From the NCBI RefSeq assembly GCF_055900595.2, contig NZ_CM148325.1: 64,000 nt of DNA; one strand, 5' to 3'. A model generated the notes under the pieces. The model was not told the origin of the DNA and searched no databases. It worked only from the letters and a program-made list of their open reading frames with translations. Of this stretch, positions 42,998-57,271 are shown piece after piece. Positions within the stretch are counted from its first letter, which is position 1, and the number at the start of each line of letters is the position of its first letter. A program made the translations under genes and the position numbers.

Positions 42998-43999
42998 ATG
43001 AGTAAAGTTGGTATTAACGGTTTTGGTCGTATCGGTCGACTGGTGTTGCGTCGATTACTTGAAGTCAAAAGTAACATAGACATTGTCGCTATTAATGATC
43101 TCACTTCCCCAAAAATTCTCGCCTACCTGCTGAAACATGATTCAAACTACGGACCGTTCCCCTGGAGCGTTGATTTTACGGAAGATTCACTTATCGTTGA
43201 TGGAAAAAGTATCGCGGTTTACGCCGAAAAAGAGGCTAAAAATATTCCATGGAAAGCGAAAGGCGCAGAAATCATTGTCGAATGTACTGGCTTTTATACC
43301 TCCGCCGAGAAATCGCAGGCGCACCTTGATGCTGGTGCGAAGAAGGTGTTGATTTCCGCCCCTGCCGGTGAAATGAAAACCATCGTTTATAACGTCAATG
43401 ACGACACACTGGATAGCAACGACACCATTGTTTCCGTGGCGTCATGCACCACTAACTGTCTTGCACCGATGGCCAAAGCCTTGCACGACAGTTTCGGAAT
43501 AGAAGTCGGCACGATGACGACCATTCATGCCTATACTGGCACCCAGTCACTGGTGGATGGCCCGCGAGGTAAAGATCTACGCGCTTCACGTGCAGCGGCA
43601 GAAAATATCATTCCCCACACTACAGGCGCGGCAAAAGCCATTGGTCTGGTGATCCCAGAACTGAGCGGCAAACTGAAAGGTCATGCGCAACGCGTACCCG
43701 TGAAAACAGGTTCGGTGACTGAACTGGTGTCTATTCTTGGAAAAAAAGTGACTGCCGAAGAGGTGAACAACGCGCTTAAAAACGCGACAAACAATAACGA
43801 GTCATTTGGTTATACCGATGAAGAAATAGTCTCTTCTGATATCATTGGCAGCCATTTCGGGTCGGTGTTTGATGCCACGCAAACCGAAATTACCACCGTG
43901 GGCGATTTACAGCTGGTGAAAACGGTCGCCTGGTATGATAACGAATATGGCTTCGTCACGCAGCTTATTCGCACCCTCGAAAAATTCGCTAAACTCTGA
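42998..43999 (+). CDS. gapC: Glyceraldehyde-3-phosphate dehydrogenase C, intact 333-aa frame
   Basis: NAD-binding [10 protein letters not shown], catalytic [10 protein letters not shown]-terminal WYDNEYGF; uninterrupted ORF. Confidence 0.85.
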   Translation: MSKVGINGFGRIGRLVLRRLLEVKSNIDIVAINDLTSPKILAYLLKHDSNYGPFPWSVDFTEDSLIVDGKSIAVYAEKEAKNIPWKAKGAEIIVECTGFYTSAEKSQAHLDAGAKKVLISAPAGEMKTIVYNVNDDTLDSNDTIVSVASCTTNCLAPMAKALHDSFGIEVGTMTTIHAYTGTQSLVDGPRGKDLRASRAAAENIIPHTTGAAKAIGLVIPELSGKLKGHAQRVPVKTGSVTELVSILGKKVTAEEVNNALKNATNNNESFGYTDEEIVSSDIIGSHFGSVFDATQTEITTVGDLQLVKTVAWYDNEYGFVTQLIRTLEKFAKL

Positions 44000-44040
44000 C
44001 GAGCAAAGGCGGAGGGAAAAGCCTCCGCCTCTTTCACTCA

Positions 44041-45480
44041 TTACGACTGTAAATAAACCACCTGGGTCTGCAGGTATTCATGCAAGCCATGTTTGCCATC
44101 TGCGCCGCCAATACCGGATTTACGCCATCCGGCGTGGAATCCTTGCATAGCTTCGAAGTTTTCACGGTTGATGTAAGTTTCACCAAACTTCAGCCCTTTA
44201 ATAGCTTTCATCGCGACGTTCAGATTTTGGGTATAGAGTGATGAGGTCAGGCCGTAATCACTGTCATTAGCCATTGCGATAGCCTCTTCCAGCGTGTCAA
44301 ATGCGACCACTGGCAGCACCGGGCCAAAGGTTTCCTCGTGCATGATCGACATTTCCTGACGAACATCCAGTAGCAATGTCGGCGGATAATAATATCCTTT
44401 CCCCTCTACTGCCTTGCCCCCCAACGCCACTCTCGCCCCCTCTTCGACTGCGCGCGCCACTTTTTGCTCGACCCTTTCCAGCGCCGCGGCGTTAATCAAC
44501 GGCCCCATCGCAATGTCGTTGCGTTCAGCGGGGTTACCAAATTGAACCGCCTGCATCGCTTCACCCAGCCGATTGACGAAATGATCATAAATGCCTTTCT
44601 GTACATAAACACGTTCTGCACAGTTACACACTTGCCCACTATTAATGACGCGTGAATCAACGATGGCTTTGACTGCCAGTTCAAGATCGGCATCGTCCAT
44701 TACGATAGCTGGTGCTTTACCACCCAATTCCAGACACACTTTTGTGATATTTTTTGCTGCAGTCGCCATGATCTTTTCACCTGCAGAGACGCTGCCTGTC
44801 ATACTGACCATTGCGACCTTTGGGTTACCCGCCAGTTCTTGCCCAACAGTTTCACCACGCCCCAGCACAAGGTTAAACACACCGCGTGGAAGGCCTATTT
44901 CATCGACAATTTTGGCAAAAGCAATCGCATTGTTTGGCGTAAATTCACTGGGTTTAATGACGATGGTATTACCGGTCAAAAGAGCGGGAGCCATTTTGCG
45001 GGCAATGAGGAAGAACGGGAAGTTCCACGGCAGAATGCCGGTAGTCACGCCAAGCGCACGTTTAAAGAGAAGAATATTTTCTCCTGGACGATCGCTTTGA
45101 ATAATCTCGCCTTCATAACGCCGTGCCCACTCCGCCATGTAATCGATATAGTCCGCAGTAAAAGCCACTTCGACTTCAGCCAGCTGCTGGATCTTGCCCC
45201 CTTCTTCAACAATCAGCGCACTGATTTCACCGGCGCGTTCGCGGATCCCGGCGGAGATTTTGCACAACCAACTGGCGCGTTCAATGGCAGGCAATGCTTC
45301 CCATTCTGGCTGCGCGCGCTCTGCGGCGTCGATTGCTTTGCGAGCATCTTCAGCCTGACCATCGGGAATGCGGGAAATCACCGCCTCTGTTGCGGGGTTA
45401 ACCACATAAATCCATGCGTCTCCACGCCAGGTAACAAACTGTCCATCGATATACATAGGATGTTGAACGGGTACTGACAT
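44041..45480 (-). CDS. aldA: Lactaldehyde dehydrogenase, 479 aa
   Basis: Aldehyde dehydrogenase family; matches K-12 AldA. Confidence 0.9.
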   Translation of the reverse strand: MSVPVQHPMYIDGQFVTWRGDAWIYVVNPATEAVISRIPDGQAEDARKAIDAAERAQPEWEALPAIERASWLCKISAGIRERAGEISALIVEEGGKIQQLAEVEVAFTADYIDYMAEWARRYEGEIIQSDRPGENILLFKRALGVTTGILPWNFPFFLIARKMAPALLTGNTIVIKPSEFTPNNAIAFAKIVDEIGLPRGVFNLVLGRGETVGQELAGNPKVAMVSMTGSVSAGEKIMATAAKNITKVCLELGGKAPAIVMDDADLELAVKAIVDSRVINSGQVCNCAERVYVQKGIYDHFVNRLGEAMQAVQFGNPAERNDIAMGPLINAAALERVEQKVARAVEEGARVALGGKAVEGKGYYYPPTLLLDVRQEMSIMHEETFGPVLPVVAFDTLEEAIAMANDSDYGLTSSLYTQNLNVAMKAIKGLKFGETYINRENFEAMQGFHAGWRKSGIGGADGKHGLHEYLQTQVVYLQS

Positions 45481-45673
45481 GGGAGACTCCTGTGATTAAT
45501 GTGTGTATTTGGTAAATTATTTGTTAATTAATATCAATCATCATAGAGACAGCATCTTGAAAGGACAAATCTGTGAAGAGCTTCATAAAAAGAAGGGTAA
45601 AAGGAATAAAAGGCAGAAAAAAAAGTAAGGAGTCATGCCCGTTTGCAAACAGTTGTTCTCAAACGGGCAATTT

Positions 45674-46474
45674 TCAACGTAGCGAACGACTTTCCATCGC
45701 CTCGATGAGCACCGCATCGTGTTTCAGCGTTTGCCATGCCTGGATGACTTCTGCCGGAAAATCAACGTGAACGATAAAATCTCGCCCGCGTGGACCGTAG
45801 CCATCGCTATCATCGCGTAAACGTGGCAGCTCGCCAGTGAGTAGTGAGAGATAACGCTCAACCGCCCATAATCCTTCTAACTGGTTAATAAAGATTACAC
45901 TGTCTTCGTTATTTCCCAACTGAGGAACGAATCCGGGATAACTTAACCAACGAGGTGCGTCTGGATTGTCACCGGTAATACGACGGAACGTCGCCATTGT
46001 GCGCCGCTGCATGGTGGGGTCCTGAACAACGATAGCCGTATGAACTCTTTCTACGGCCTGATTCAATAGCGCGATGCTAAAGCGTGCGTTTTCACCGCAG
46101 TTTGTTGACTGGTCTTCAATCCAGATTTTTTCATGCGGAATGTGCCAGAACTGATGAGCGATATCCGCCAGGATGGTAGCTTCTGCTCTGCCAGTGGTGC
46201 GGATAGTGTTGTAGTGCGGATGCTGTGCGATGGCGCTATACAAAAAAGTTGTCGAGTGACCGATACCACCACTAATCAGTAGAGGAATTTGCTGATCGCG
46301 GGCAATCTTACATGCCGCATCGATAGTCGGCATAACCGCATTGCCTGCAAGGATCACGCAATCGGCCTGATACGGCACCTCACCGGAGAAATCATCCTGC
46401 GCCAGCCACTGACCGATAACATTTATGGCATCTATGGTTGCCGGCGAAAGCGTCGGAAACGGGGTAATGTTCAT
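45674..46474 (-). CDS. ydcF: DUF218-domain protein YdcF, 266 aa
   Basis: Matches K-12 YdcF length and sequence. Confidence 0.8.
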   Translation of the reverse strand: MNITPFPTLSPATIDAINVIGQWLAQDDFSGEVPYQADCVILAGNAVMPTIDAACKIARDQQIPLLISGGIGHSTTFLYSAIAQHPHYNTIRTTGRAEATILADIAHQFWHIPHEKIWIEDQSTNCGENARFSIALLNQAVERVHTAIVVQDPTMQRRTMATFRRITGDNPDAPRWLSYPGFVPQLGNNEDSVIFINQLEGLWAVERYLSLLTGELPRLRDDSDGYGPRGRDFIVHVDFPAEVIQAWQTLKHDAVLIEAMESRSLR

Positions 46475-46863
46475 GGTTCCTCCTTATCGTTCCCTTAAGA
46501 ATACTGCGTGAGATAATAATGAGAAGCGGAGCACTCTGAAAGGAAGATGATGCTTTTTCTATCGCGCCATCGCGAACCAGACACTGGTTTTAGTCATACT
46601 GTATTTGCGGAGAAACTGTTGATAAAACATCAATAACATAATGTTGTATCATTTTTAAATGATAGATAATCTGGTGTGATATTTATATAATATTCATTCT
46701 TATATTTCTCAATCAAGGGGAACATTTGCAACACGCTCATTAGTGGTAATTCCTTAAATTTTAATTGAATAATATCTGCTCTCAGCTATAAACTACTATC
46801 TGTCTATGGTGCCGAATTACCATTTTTATTCATCAACACAATGCTATATGTCGAGAAACATAC

Positions 46864-47358
46864 ATGGAAAAAATATTTCAACTTTTAGAAACCGCCTGGC
46901 CTGCCGTAAAAGCAACAGGACTTACAGGTTGCGTAACCGCTCCAGAAACTGAAGATAACCTTCTTTTATTTGAGGATAAATACGCGACACATATTCCAAA
47001 AGACTATCGGCAGTTATTATCTCATTTTGGCGCATGTCATTTTGCCGATCCTCAAATTTATACTTTGAATGATCTGGACAGATATTACCCTCTATTTTTT
47101 CAACAATGGGAAGAGTATAAAAAAGAATATCCATCATTGAACAACATTGATCCTTTTCCTGTTGGCAGTTTTGGCGACGGGAGTGTCGCTTTTCTTGACC
47201 GCAACAGCCTAAAAATTTATATTCTAATTCATGATTTTGGTATATTTACCGATGATGTTGGTGATTTCCCTTGTGAGTTATGCTTTGAAAATTTTGGTGA
47301 GTTAGTGGAAATGCAAGTTGAAATGATTCTTTATTTACAGCAATATCATGTATCATGA
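46864..47358 (+). CDS. Hypothetical protein, 164 aa; possible SMI1/KNR4 (SUKH-1)-like immunity protein
   Basis: AT-rich ORF with SUKH-like patterns (IPKDYRQLLSHFGACHF and VGSFGDGSVAFLD); family assignment is from motif recollection only. Confidence 0.45.
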   Translation: MEKIFQLLETAWPAVKATGLTGCVTAPETEDNLLLFEDKYATHIPKDYRQLLSHFGACHFADPQIYTLNDLDRYYPLFFQQWEEYKKEYPSLNNIDPFPVGSFGDGSVAFLDRNSLKIYILIHDFGIFTDDVGDFPCELCFENFGELVEMQVEMILYLQQYHVS

Positions 47359-47395
47359 ATAATAAAATTATCACTCATGTTCTTACTGAAAAAAA

Positions 47396-47656
47396 GTGAA
47401 TTCTATAGCAGAGAAATATTGTAAAATGTATAATCTTAATAGCTCGTTAGCATACCAAATCACGGCTATTAAATTTCTTCCTGATGGTATGAAATCATTC
47501 GGCCTTGATGTTCCATTATGGATGGTCGTCAGAGATGTTAACGGTTGGGATGATATGGAAATTACGATTTTTATTTGTGACAAAAATAGTGAAGTTCTTT
47601 GTTGCAGTAATATTTGGTATCCAGTATATCGTCCTCATCAAGCAGATTTGTTATAA
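47396..47656 (+). CDS. Hypothetical small protein, 86 aa
   Basis: ORF in the same AT-rich islet, followed by a terminator hairpin; no recognisable domain. Confidence 0.25.
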   Translation: MNSIAEKYCKMYNLNSSLAYQITAIKFLPDGMKSFGLDVPLWMVVRDVNGWDDMEITIFICDKNSEVLCCSNIWYPVYRPHQADLL

Positions 47657-47701
47657 GCACGTAAGGAGTACCGCCCTTGCTATTTTTCAGAATTCATAAA
47701 G

Positions 47702-47735
47702 AAAAAACCCGGCGCTAAATGCTTACCGGGTTTTA
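47702..47735. terminator. Bidirectional rho-independent terminator downstream of hrpA
   Basis: aaaaaacccggcgctaaatgcttaccgggtttt: GC stem flanked by an A-run and a T-run. Confidence 0.55.
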
Positions 47736-47758
47736 GATTTATCAGGCAAATAGCAGCG

Positions 47759-50700
47759 TTAACCGCTAATCTGCTCCATCGCCTGCAAAATACGCTTATC
47801 TGAAATCGGATAAGGCGTACCAAGTTGTTGAGCGAAGTAACTAACGCGCAGTTCTTCTATCATCCAACGGATCTCTTTCACATCCTCATCCTCACGACGT
47901 GCGGGCGGCAGTTTGTTGATCCATTGCTGCCACGCCTGCTGGACGTTTTCAACTTTCAGCATCTGAGCACGGTCACGGTGCGGGTCAACCGCCAGTTTTT
48001 CCAGACGCTTTTCAATCGCCTGCAAATAACGCAGCGTGTCGCCCAGCCGTTTGAAGCCATTACCAGTGACAAAACCGCGATACACCAGCCCACCCATCTG
48101 CGCTTTAATGTCAGAAAGCCCCAGCGCCATGGTCATATCCACCCGTCCTTTCAGGCGTTTGTTGATATTGAACACTGCCGTAAGGATTTGCTCGACCTGC
48201 TTCGCAATATCCACCACCGTGTCGTTCAGTTCAGCGCGGACTTTTTCATGAAGCGCAGCAAAGCCTTCTTCCGTCCAGACCGGGCCGCCCGCCTCATCAA
48301 TCAATTTATCAACACCGCAGGAGATGCAGTCGTCAATGAGATCCAGCACTTTACCGTACGGGTTAAAGTAGAGACCCAGCTTCGCTTTGTTCGGCAGTTT
48401 CTCATGCAGATATTTAATTGGCGACGGAATGTTCAGCAACAGCAAGCGACGCAAACCACGCCACATAGCCTGCTGTTGTTCCTGCGGGTTATCAAAAAGC
48501 TTAATCGCTACGCTGTCACGCTCATCCACCAGCGCAGGCCAGGCCTTCACTTTGTAGTTGCCACGTTTCTGCTCGTAGTGATCCGGTAAATTACCGAAGC
48601 TCCAGATATGTAACCCGCTTTGCTCAATACCATCATCGGCAACGGCGGAAAGCGTTTCCTGCACTTTGCCTTTCAGGGCGTCTTTCAGATCCTGTAATGA
48701 GCGCCCTTCTTTTAGCTTCTTATTTTTGTCGTCCACCACGCGGAAGGTGATTTTCAGGTGATCGGGCACCTGCTCCCAGTGCCAGTCTTCGCGGTCAACG
48801 GTAACGCCGGTCATCCGCCGTAGCTCGCGCTCAAGGCTGTCGAGCAACGGCAGTTCCAGCGGCGTGACGCGACCTAAAAACGCTTCGGCGTAGTTTGGCG
48901 CGGGCACAAAATTACGCCGTACCGGTTTCGGCAACGATTTGATTAGAGCAATCACCAGTTCACGGCGCAGGCCGGGGATCTGCCATTCAAACCCGCTTTC
49001 CTCAACCTGGTTAAGTAACGGCAGCGGAATATGCACGGTCACACCGTCAGCATCCGCCCCCGGCTCAAACTGATAGCTTAAACGCAGCTTGAGATTACCC
49101 TGATGCCAAAAGTTCGGGTAATCCAGCTTGCTGATTTTTTCCGCCCCTTCTTTGATCAACATGCTCTTTTCAAAGTTGAGCAAATCAGGCGTTTCGCGGC
49201 TGACTTTTTTCCACCAACTATCAAAGTGACGTGCAGAGATCACATCATGGCTGATGCGCTGGTCGTAAAACTCAAACAACGTTTCGTCATCCACCAGAAT
49301 ATCGCGGCGACGTGATTTGTGTTCCAGTTCTTCCACTTCTGCCCGTAGTTTCAGGTTTTCACGGAAGAATGCGTGACGCGTCTGCCAGTCACCTTCCACC
49401 AGCGCGTGGCGAATAAAAAGTTCACGACACAGCGCAGGATCAATCTGGCTGTAGTTGACCTTACGCGCAGCAACAATCGGCAACCCGTAAACGGTGACTT
49501 TTTCAGTTGCCATCACCGCGCCCTGCGCCCGTTCCCAGTGCGGTTCGCTGTAGGAGCGTTTAATCAAATGCTGGGCAACTGGCTCTACCCATTCCGGATC
49601 GATACGTGCCGCAATGCGCCCCCACAGGCGGCTGGTTTCTACCAGTTCCGCCACCATTGCCCATTTCGGCGGCTTCTTGAATAAACCAGAACCGGGGAAG
49701 ATGGAGAAACGCGCGTTACGTGCGCCGGTATATTCCTGTTTATCGGCATCTTTCATGCCGATATGCGAAAGCAAACCTGTCAGTAAGGCGATGTGAATTT
49801 CGCGATACTCCGCCGGTTCGCTGTTAACCGGAATGCCAAGTTCTTTCACCACCTGGCGCAACTGGGTGTAGATATCCTGCCATTCGCGCACGCGCAGATA
49901 GTTAAGGTAATCGGTACGGCACAGGCGACGGAAGGCGTTTGAAGAGAGCGCCTTTTGCTGCTCGCCGAGATAATTCCACAGATTTACAAACGCCAGGAAG
50001 TCGGATTCTTTATCGTGAAAGCGACGATGTTTTTCGTCCGATGCCTGCTGCTTGTCCATTGGCCGCTCACGCGGGTCCTGAATAGAGAGCGCGGAAGTGA
50101 TAATCATCGCCTCACGCACGCAGCCATGTTTCTGCGCTTCCAGCACCATTCGCGCCAGACGAGGATCGACTGGCAGTTGCGAGAGCTGGCGACCGAGCGG
50201 CGTCAGTTTATAGGCGCTGGCCTGTTCATCAGTGGTGATCGCGCCCAGCTCTTCGAGCAGACGCACGCCATCCTGGATATTGCGTTTATCCGGCGCTTCT
50301 ACAAACGGGAACGCAGCGATATCGCCCAGCCCCAGCGCGGTCATCTGCAAAATAACCGAGGCCAGGTTGGTACGCAGAATCTCCGGATCGGTAAATTCCG
50401 GGCGCGAGAGGAAATCGTCTTCGGAATAAAGACGAATGCAGATCCCTTCTGACACACGACCACAGCGGCCTTTACGCTGATTAGCTGAAGCCTGCGAAAT
50501 GGGCTCAATCGGCAGACGCTGCACTTTGGTGCGATAGCTGTAGCGGCTGATACGCGCCGTACCTGGGTCGATAACGTATTTAATCCCCGGCACAGTCAGC
50601 GAGGTTTCCGCGACGTTAGTCGCCAGCACAATGCGCCGTCCGCTGTGCGACTGGAAGACGCGGTTCTGCTCGCTGTTCGAAAGCCGTGCATAAAGCGGAA

Positions 50701-51661
50701 GAATTTCCGTATGGCGTAAGTTCAGCTTGTTCAGCGCATCGGCGGTATCGCGAATTTCTCGCTCGCCGCTCATAAAAATCAGAATGTCGCCAGGGCTTTC
50801 CTGGCTCAGTTCGTCTACGGCATCGAAAATCGCCTGCAACTGGTCGCGCTCGGTGTCATCAGCTTCTTCAACAATCGGGCGATAGCGCACCTCCACCGGA
50901 TAGGTACGACCGGAGACTTCGATAATCGGCGCATTATTAAAGTGGCGCGAAAAGCGTTCCGGGTCGATAGTCGCGGAAGTGATAATGATTTTTAGGTCAG
51001 GACGCCGCGGCAGCAACTCTTTCAAATAACCGAGGAGAAAATCGATATTCAGGCTGCGTTCGTGCGCTTCGTCAATAATGATGGTGTCGTACTGCATCAG
51101 CAGGCGGTCTTGCTGGATCTCCGCCAGCAGGATACCGTCGGTCATCAGCTTGACCATCGTGTTATCACTTACGTGATCGCTGAAACGCACTTTATACCCG
51201 ATGCAACCGCCCGGCTCCGTTTTCAGCTCTTCCGCAATACGGTTCGCCACCGTTCGTGCCGCCAGACGACGCGGCTGGGTGTGGCCGATCAGCCCTTTAA
51301 TCCCGCGGCCCAGTTCCATACAGATTTTCGGTAACTGAGTCGTTTTACCGGAACCCGTTTCCCCGGCGACGATCACCACCTGGTGATCACGGATTGCTTC
51401 GAGAATGTCCTGCTTTTTCTGACTAACCGGCAAATTGTCCGGATAAGTGATTTCCGGTCGTGCTGCTTCACGCAGCAGGACTTTCCCTGCCGCCTGGTCA
51501 ATCTCTTTCGCCATCTCCTGGAAAATGGCCTGTTGTGCATCAGGATTTTTAACCTTCTTCACGCCGTGCAGACGGCGGGAAAAACGCAGTCTGTCACGCA
51601 GCATCAGCGAATCCAACCGTTGCTGCAAGGCCGTAAAGGTCAATTTTTGTTGTTCTGTCAT
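47759..51661 (-). CDS. hrpA: ATP-dependent RNA helicase HrpA (DEAH-box), 1300 aa
   Basis: Helicase motifs (GETGSGKTTQLP, DEAHER); length matches K-12 HrpA. Confidence 0.95.
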   Translation of the reverse strand: MTEQQKLTFTALQQRLDSLMLRDRLRFSRRLHGVKKVKNPDAQQAIFQEMAKEIDQAAGKVLLREAARPEITYPDNLPVSQKKQDILEAIRDHQVVIVAGETGSGKTTQLPKICMELGRGIKGLIGHTQPRRLAARTVANRIAEELKTEPGGCIGYKVRFSDHVSDNTMVKLMTDGILLAEIQQDRLLMQYDTIIIDEAHERSLNIDFLLGYLKELLPRRPDLKIIITSATIDPERFSRHFNNAPIIEVSGRTYPVEVRYRPIVEEADDTERDQLQAIFDAVDELSQESPGDILIFMSGEREIRDTADALNKLNLRHTEILPLYARLSNSEQNRVFQSHSGRRIVLATNVAETSLTVPGIKYVIDPGTARISRYSYRTKVQRLPIEPISQASANQRKGRCGRVSEGICIRLYSEDDFLSRPEFTDPEILRTNLASVILQMTALGLGDIAAFPFVEAPDKRNIQDGVRLLEELGAITTDEQASAYKLTPLGRQLSQLPVDPRLARMVLEAQKHGCVREAMIITSALSIQDPRERPMDKQQASDEKHRRFHDKESDFLAFVNLWNYLGEQQKALSSNAFRRLCRTDYLNYLRVREWQDIYTQLRQVVKELGIPVNSEPAEYREIHIALLTGLLSHIGMKDADKQEYTGARNARFSIFPGSGLFKKPPKWAMVAELVETSRLWGRIAARIDPEWVEPVAQHLIKRSYSEPHWERAQGAVMATEKVTVYGLPIVAARKVNYSQIDPALCRELFIRHALVEGDWQTRHAFFRENLKLRAEVEELEHKSRRRDILVDDETLFEFYDQRISHDVISARHFDSWWKKVSRETPDLLNFEKSMLIKEGAEKISKLDYPNFWHQGNLKLRLSYQFEPGADADGVTVHIPLPLLNQVEESGFEWQIPGLRRELVIALIKSLPKPVRRNFVPAPNYAEAFLGRVTPLELPLLDSLERELRRMTGVTVDREDWHWEQVPDHLKITFRVVDDKNKKLKEGRSLQDLKDALKGKVQETLSAVADDGIEQSGLHIWSFGNLPDHYEQKRGNYKVKAWPALVDERDSVAIKLFDNPQEQQQAMWRGLRRLLLLNIPSPIKYLHEKLPNKAKLGLYFNPYGKVLDLIDDCISCGVDKLIDEAGGPVWTEEGFAALHEKVRAELNDTVVDIAKQVEQILTAVFNINKRLKGRVDMTMALGLSDIKAQMGGLVYRGFVTGNGFKRLGDTLRYLQAIEKRLEKLAVDPHRDRAQMLKVENVQQAWQQWINKLPPARREDEDVKEIRWMIEELRVSYFAQQLGTPYPISDKRILQAMEQISG

Positions 51662-51852
51662 AACGTTAGTGGGCAGCAGGCTGCCTGATTAATTTTCTTT
51701 TAAATGATAGATATAGAGTACCACATCGCGGCTTTCTATGCGTTGTTCAATAAATTCGAACATAGGCTTCGATTTATTGCGCTATCTCTGTGGCAGGATT
51801 GTGAATAAAGTGTCAACAAGCAACGGGGCATCGCCCATTCAAACATCTATAA

Positions 51853-52467
<615 letters not shown>

Positions 52468-52520
52468 CCGGACACTATTTTGATGTGGACTGTAGATATT
52501 CAGTCCACATCTCAATCCAC

Positions 52521-55584
<3,064 letters not shown>

Positions 55585-55599
55585 TTTCTCTATTTTCCT

Positions 55600-56496
55600 T
55601 CAGTAACAGCAGTAGCGAATAAAATAAAAAAATACCGGAGCGGTGAAAATTAATGAGTCAATCCTGTCAAGGAGTCCGCCATGTCCTGGTAATAGTTTTC
55701 CACTATCTTTAACACCAATATCTTGTTTGATGGCTGACATCACTACATCGCCGCAAAAACCACTAATACCAATTAACAAACCCGCTAATAATGCCTGTAA
55801 TGTATCTAGCGGTGTCAGCAACGGTCCAATAATCAGTGACGCAATCATGGTGGTGATTACGCCGCCCATCAGACCTTCCAATGTTTTTCCCGGGCTGACT
55901 TTGGGGACCACTTTTCTTCTGCCGCAGGATTTTCCCCATAAATACTGTGCAATATCGTTTGACTCGGTTAATGCCAAAAGAAATAACACCAGTAACGCCC
56001 CGCCCTGGATATTTGTGGTTGGCAACATTAATAACCAGGCGGCATGACTCAAGGCGAAAACGGTCATTATCCAGCCCCAAAAAATGGCGCTCACGGTATG
56101 CAGAAAACCGGAGGGGTCACCCACTAAAACTCGCCAAGTGGCTAATATCAGAAACCCAGCCAAAGGTATAAATAACAGAAACAGCTCAAAGCAATTAAAA
56201 CCGATAAGAAAATAGTTAAGAGGAATACCCCAATATAACCAACGCGGAAAATGTACAGATATAAGCGTACAATATTCTTTCAATGCCAGAAAACTTATCA
56301 GCGCAAAAAACGTCAACGTCATCCAGCGTGGACCTGAAATGACCAGTGAAAAACAAATGACGATGCCCCACCAGGTACGAATACGTAATGTAACTTCATC
56401 TCCTTTTCTCTCCGGTAACCGCCATACCAGAAAACGGTTTATCAGCGTTGCTAAAATTAACAACACGAAAAGTATTGCCAGAGATTTTTCCAGCAT
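55600..56496 (-). CDS. ynbB: CDP-diglyceride synthetase-like membrane protein YnbB, 298 aa
   Basis: CdsA-like membrane protein; K-12 synteny ynbABCD. Confidence 0.8.
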   Translation of the reverse strand: MLEKSLAILFVLLILATLINRFLVWRLPERKGDEVTLRIRTWWGIVICFSLVISGPRWMTLTFFALISFLALKEYCTLISVHFPRWLYWGIPLNYFLIGFNCFELFLLFIPLAGFLILATWRVLVGDPSGFLHTVSAIFWGWIMTVFALSHAAWLLMLPTTNIQGGALLVLFLLALTESNDIAQYLWGKSCGRRKVVPKVSPGKTLEGLMGGVITTMIASLIIGPLLTPLDTLQALLAGLLIGISGFCGDVVMSAIKQDIGVKDSGKLLPGHGGLLDRIDSLIFTAPVFFYFIRYCCY

Positions 56497-57101
56497 TACT
56501 TTTCAGCGCTCATAAGGAGCACGCTTCGACAACGATTAATCGCAGTCCAGAGAAGCAGAATTGAAGCAATGCTCCATAAAAGATTATTCCATTGCATCCA
56601 CTGTGGATAAATGGCAACGGCCAGCCCCCACAAACCAAATATTAACGCACGATCGCTTTTGCCAAATGGACCGGCATAACTGCGAATACCGTTAATCGTC
56701 TGCGCGAGTAAACCGCAAAACTCAGTCAATATGGTGCAAAATAACATGAGTATTACGAGTGATGCGTTACTTTCCGGTAAAAATAAAAACGGTAAATAAA
56801 GCGCAATATCGGAAATAACATCGCCAGTTTCATTCAAAATCGCCCCAAGACGTGTTTGCTGATTACACTCACGCGCCATCATGCCATCCAGCGCATTGAG
56901 TGCCATACGGACAAAAAGCACGATGGGCAATAGCAAAAAGAGGATGGGTCGTGCCACCAACATCAACAGCAATCCGGTAAGAAGAGAAAGCGCCAGTGCA
57001 GCAAGAGTGATGTGATTCGCTGTAACATGGTGCTTATAAAGCCAAAACATCGTCGGCCTTAACAGCGACTGAAAGAGCGGTTTTATCTGGTAGAGCGTCA
57101 T
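56496..57101 (-). CDS. ynbA: CDP-alcohol phosphatidyltransferase-family protein YnbA, 201 aa
   Basis: Matches K-12 YnbA from MTLYQIKPLFQSLL. Confidence 0.8.
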   Translation of the reverse strand: MTLYQIKPLFQSLLRPTMFWLYKHHVTANHITLAALALSLLTGLLLMLVARPILFLLLPIVLFVRMALNALDGMMARECNQQTRLGAILNETGDVISDIALYLPFLFLPESNASLVILMLFCTILTEFCGLLAQTINGIRSYAGPFGKSDRALIFGLWGLAVAIYPQWMQWNNLLWSIASILLLWTAINRCRSVLLMSAEK

Positions 57102-57271
57102 TATCAATCCTTGATAATTCGGTTTGCGCTATGGTGCATCAATTCCCCTGACGGAGATATCGCAACACGCCGCTTCATTAAAAATTCAGAATATATCAAG
57201 GTATTGGGGACTCACCGTCAGGAATGATTATCCCCAATAGATCAAGTGGTTAAAAATTATTACGCTGTTAT

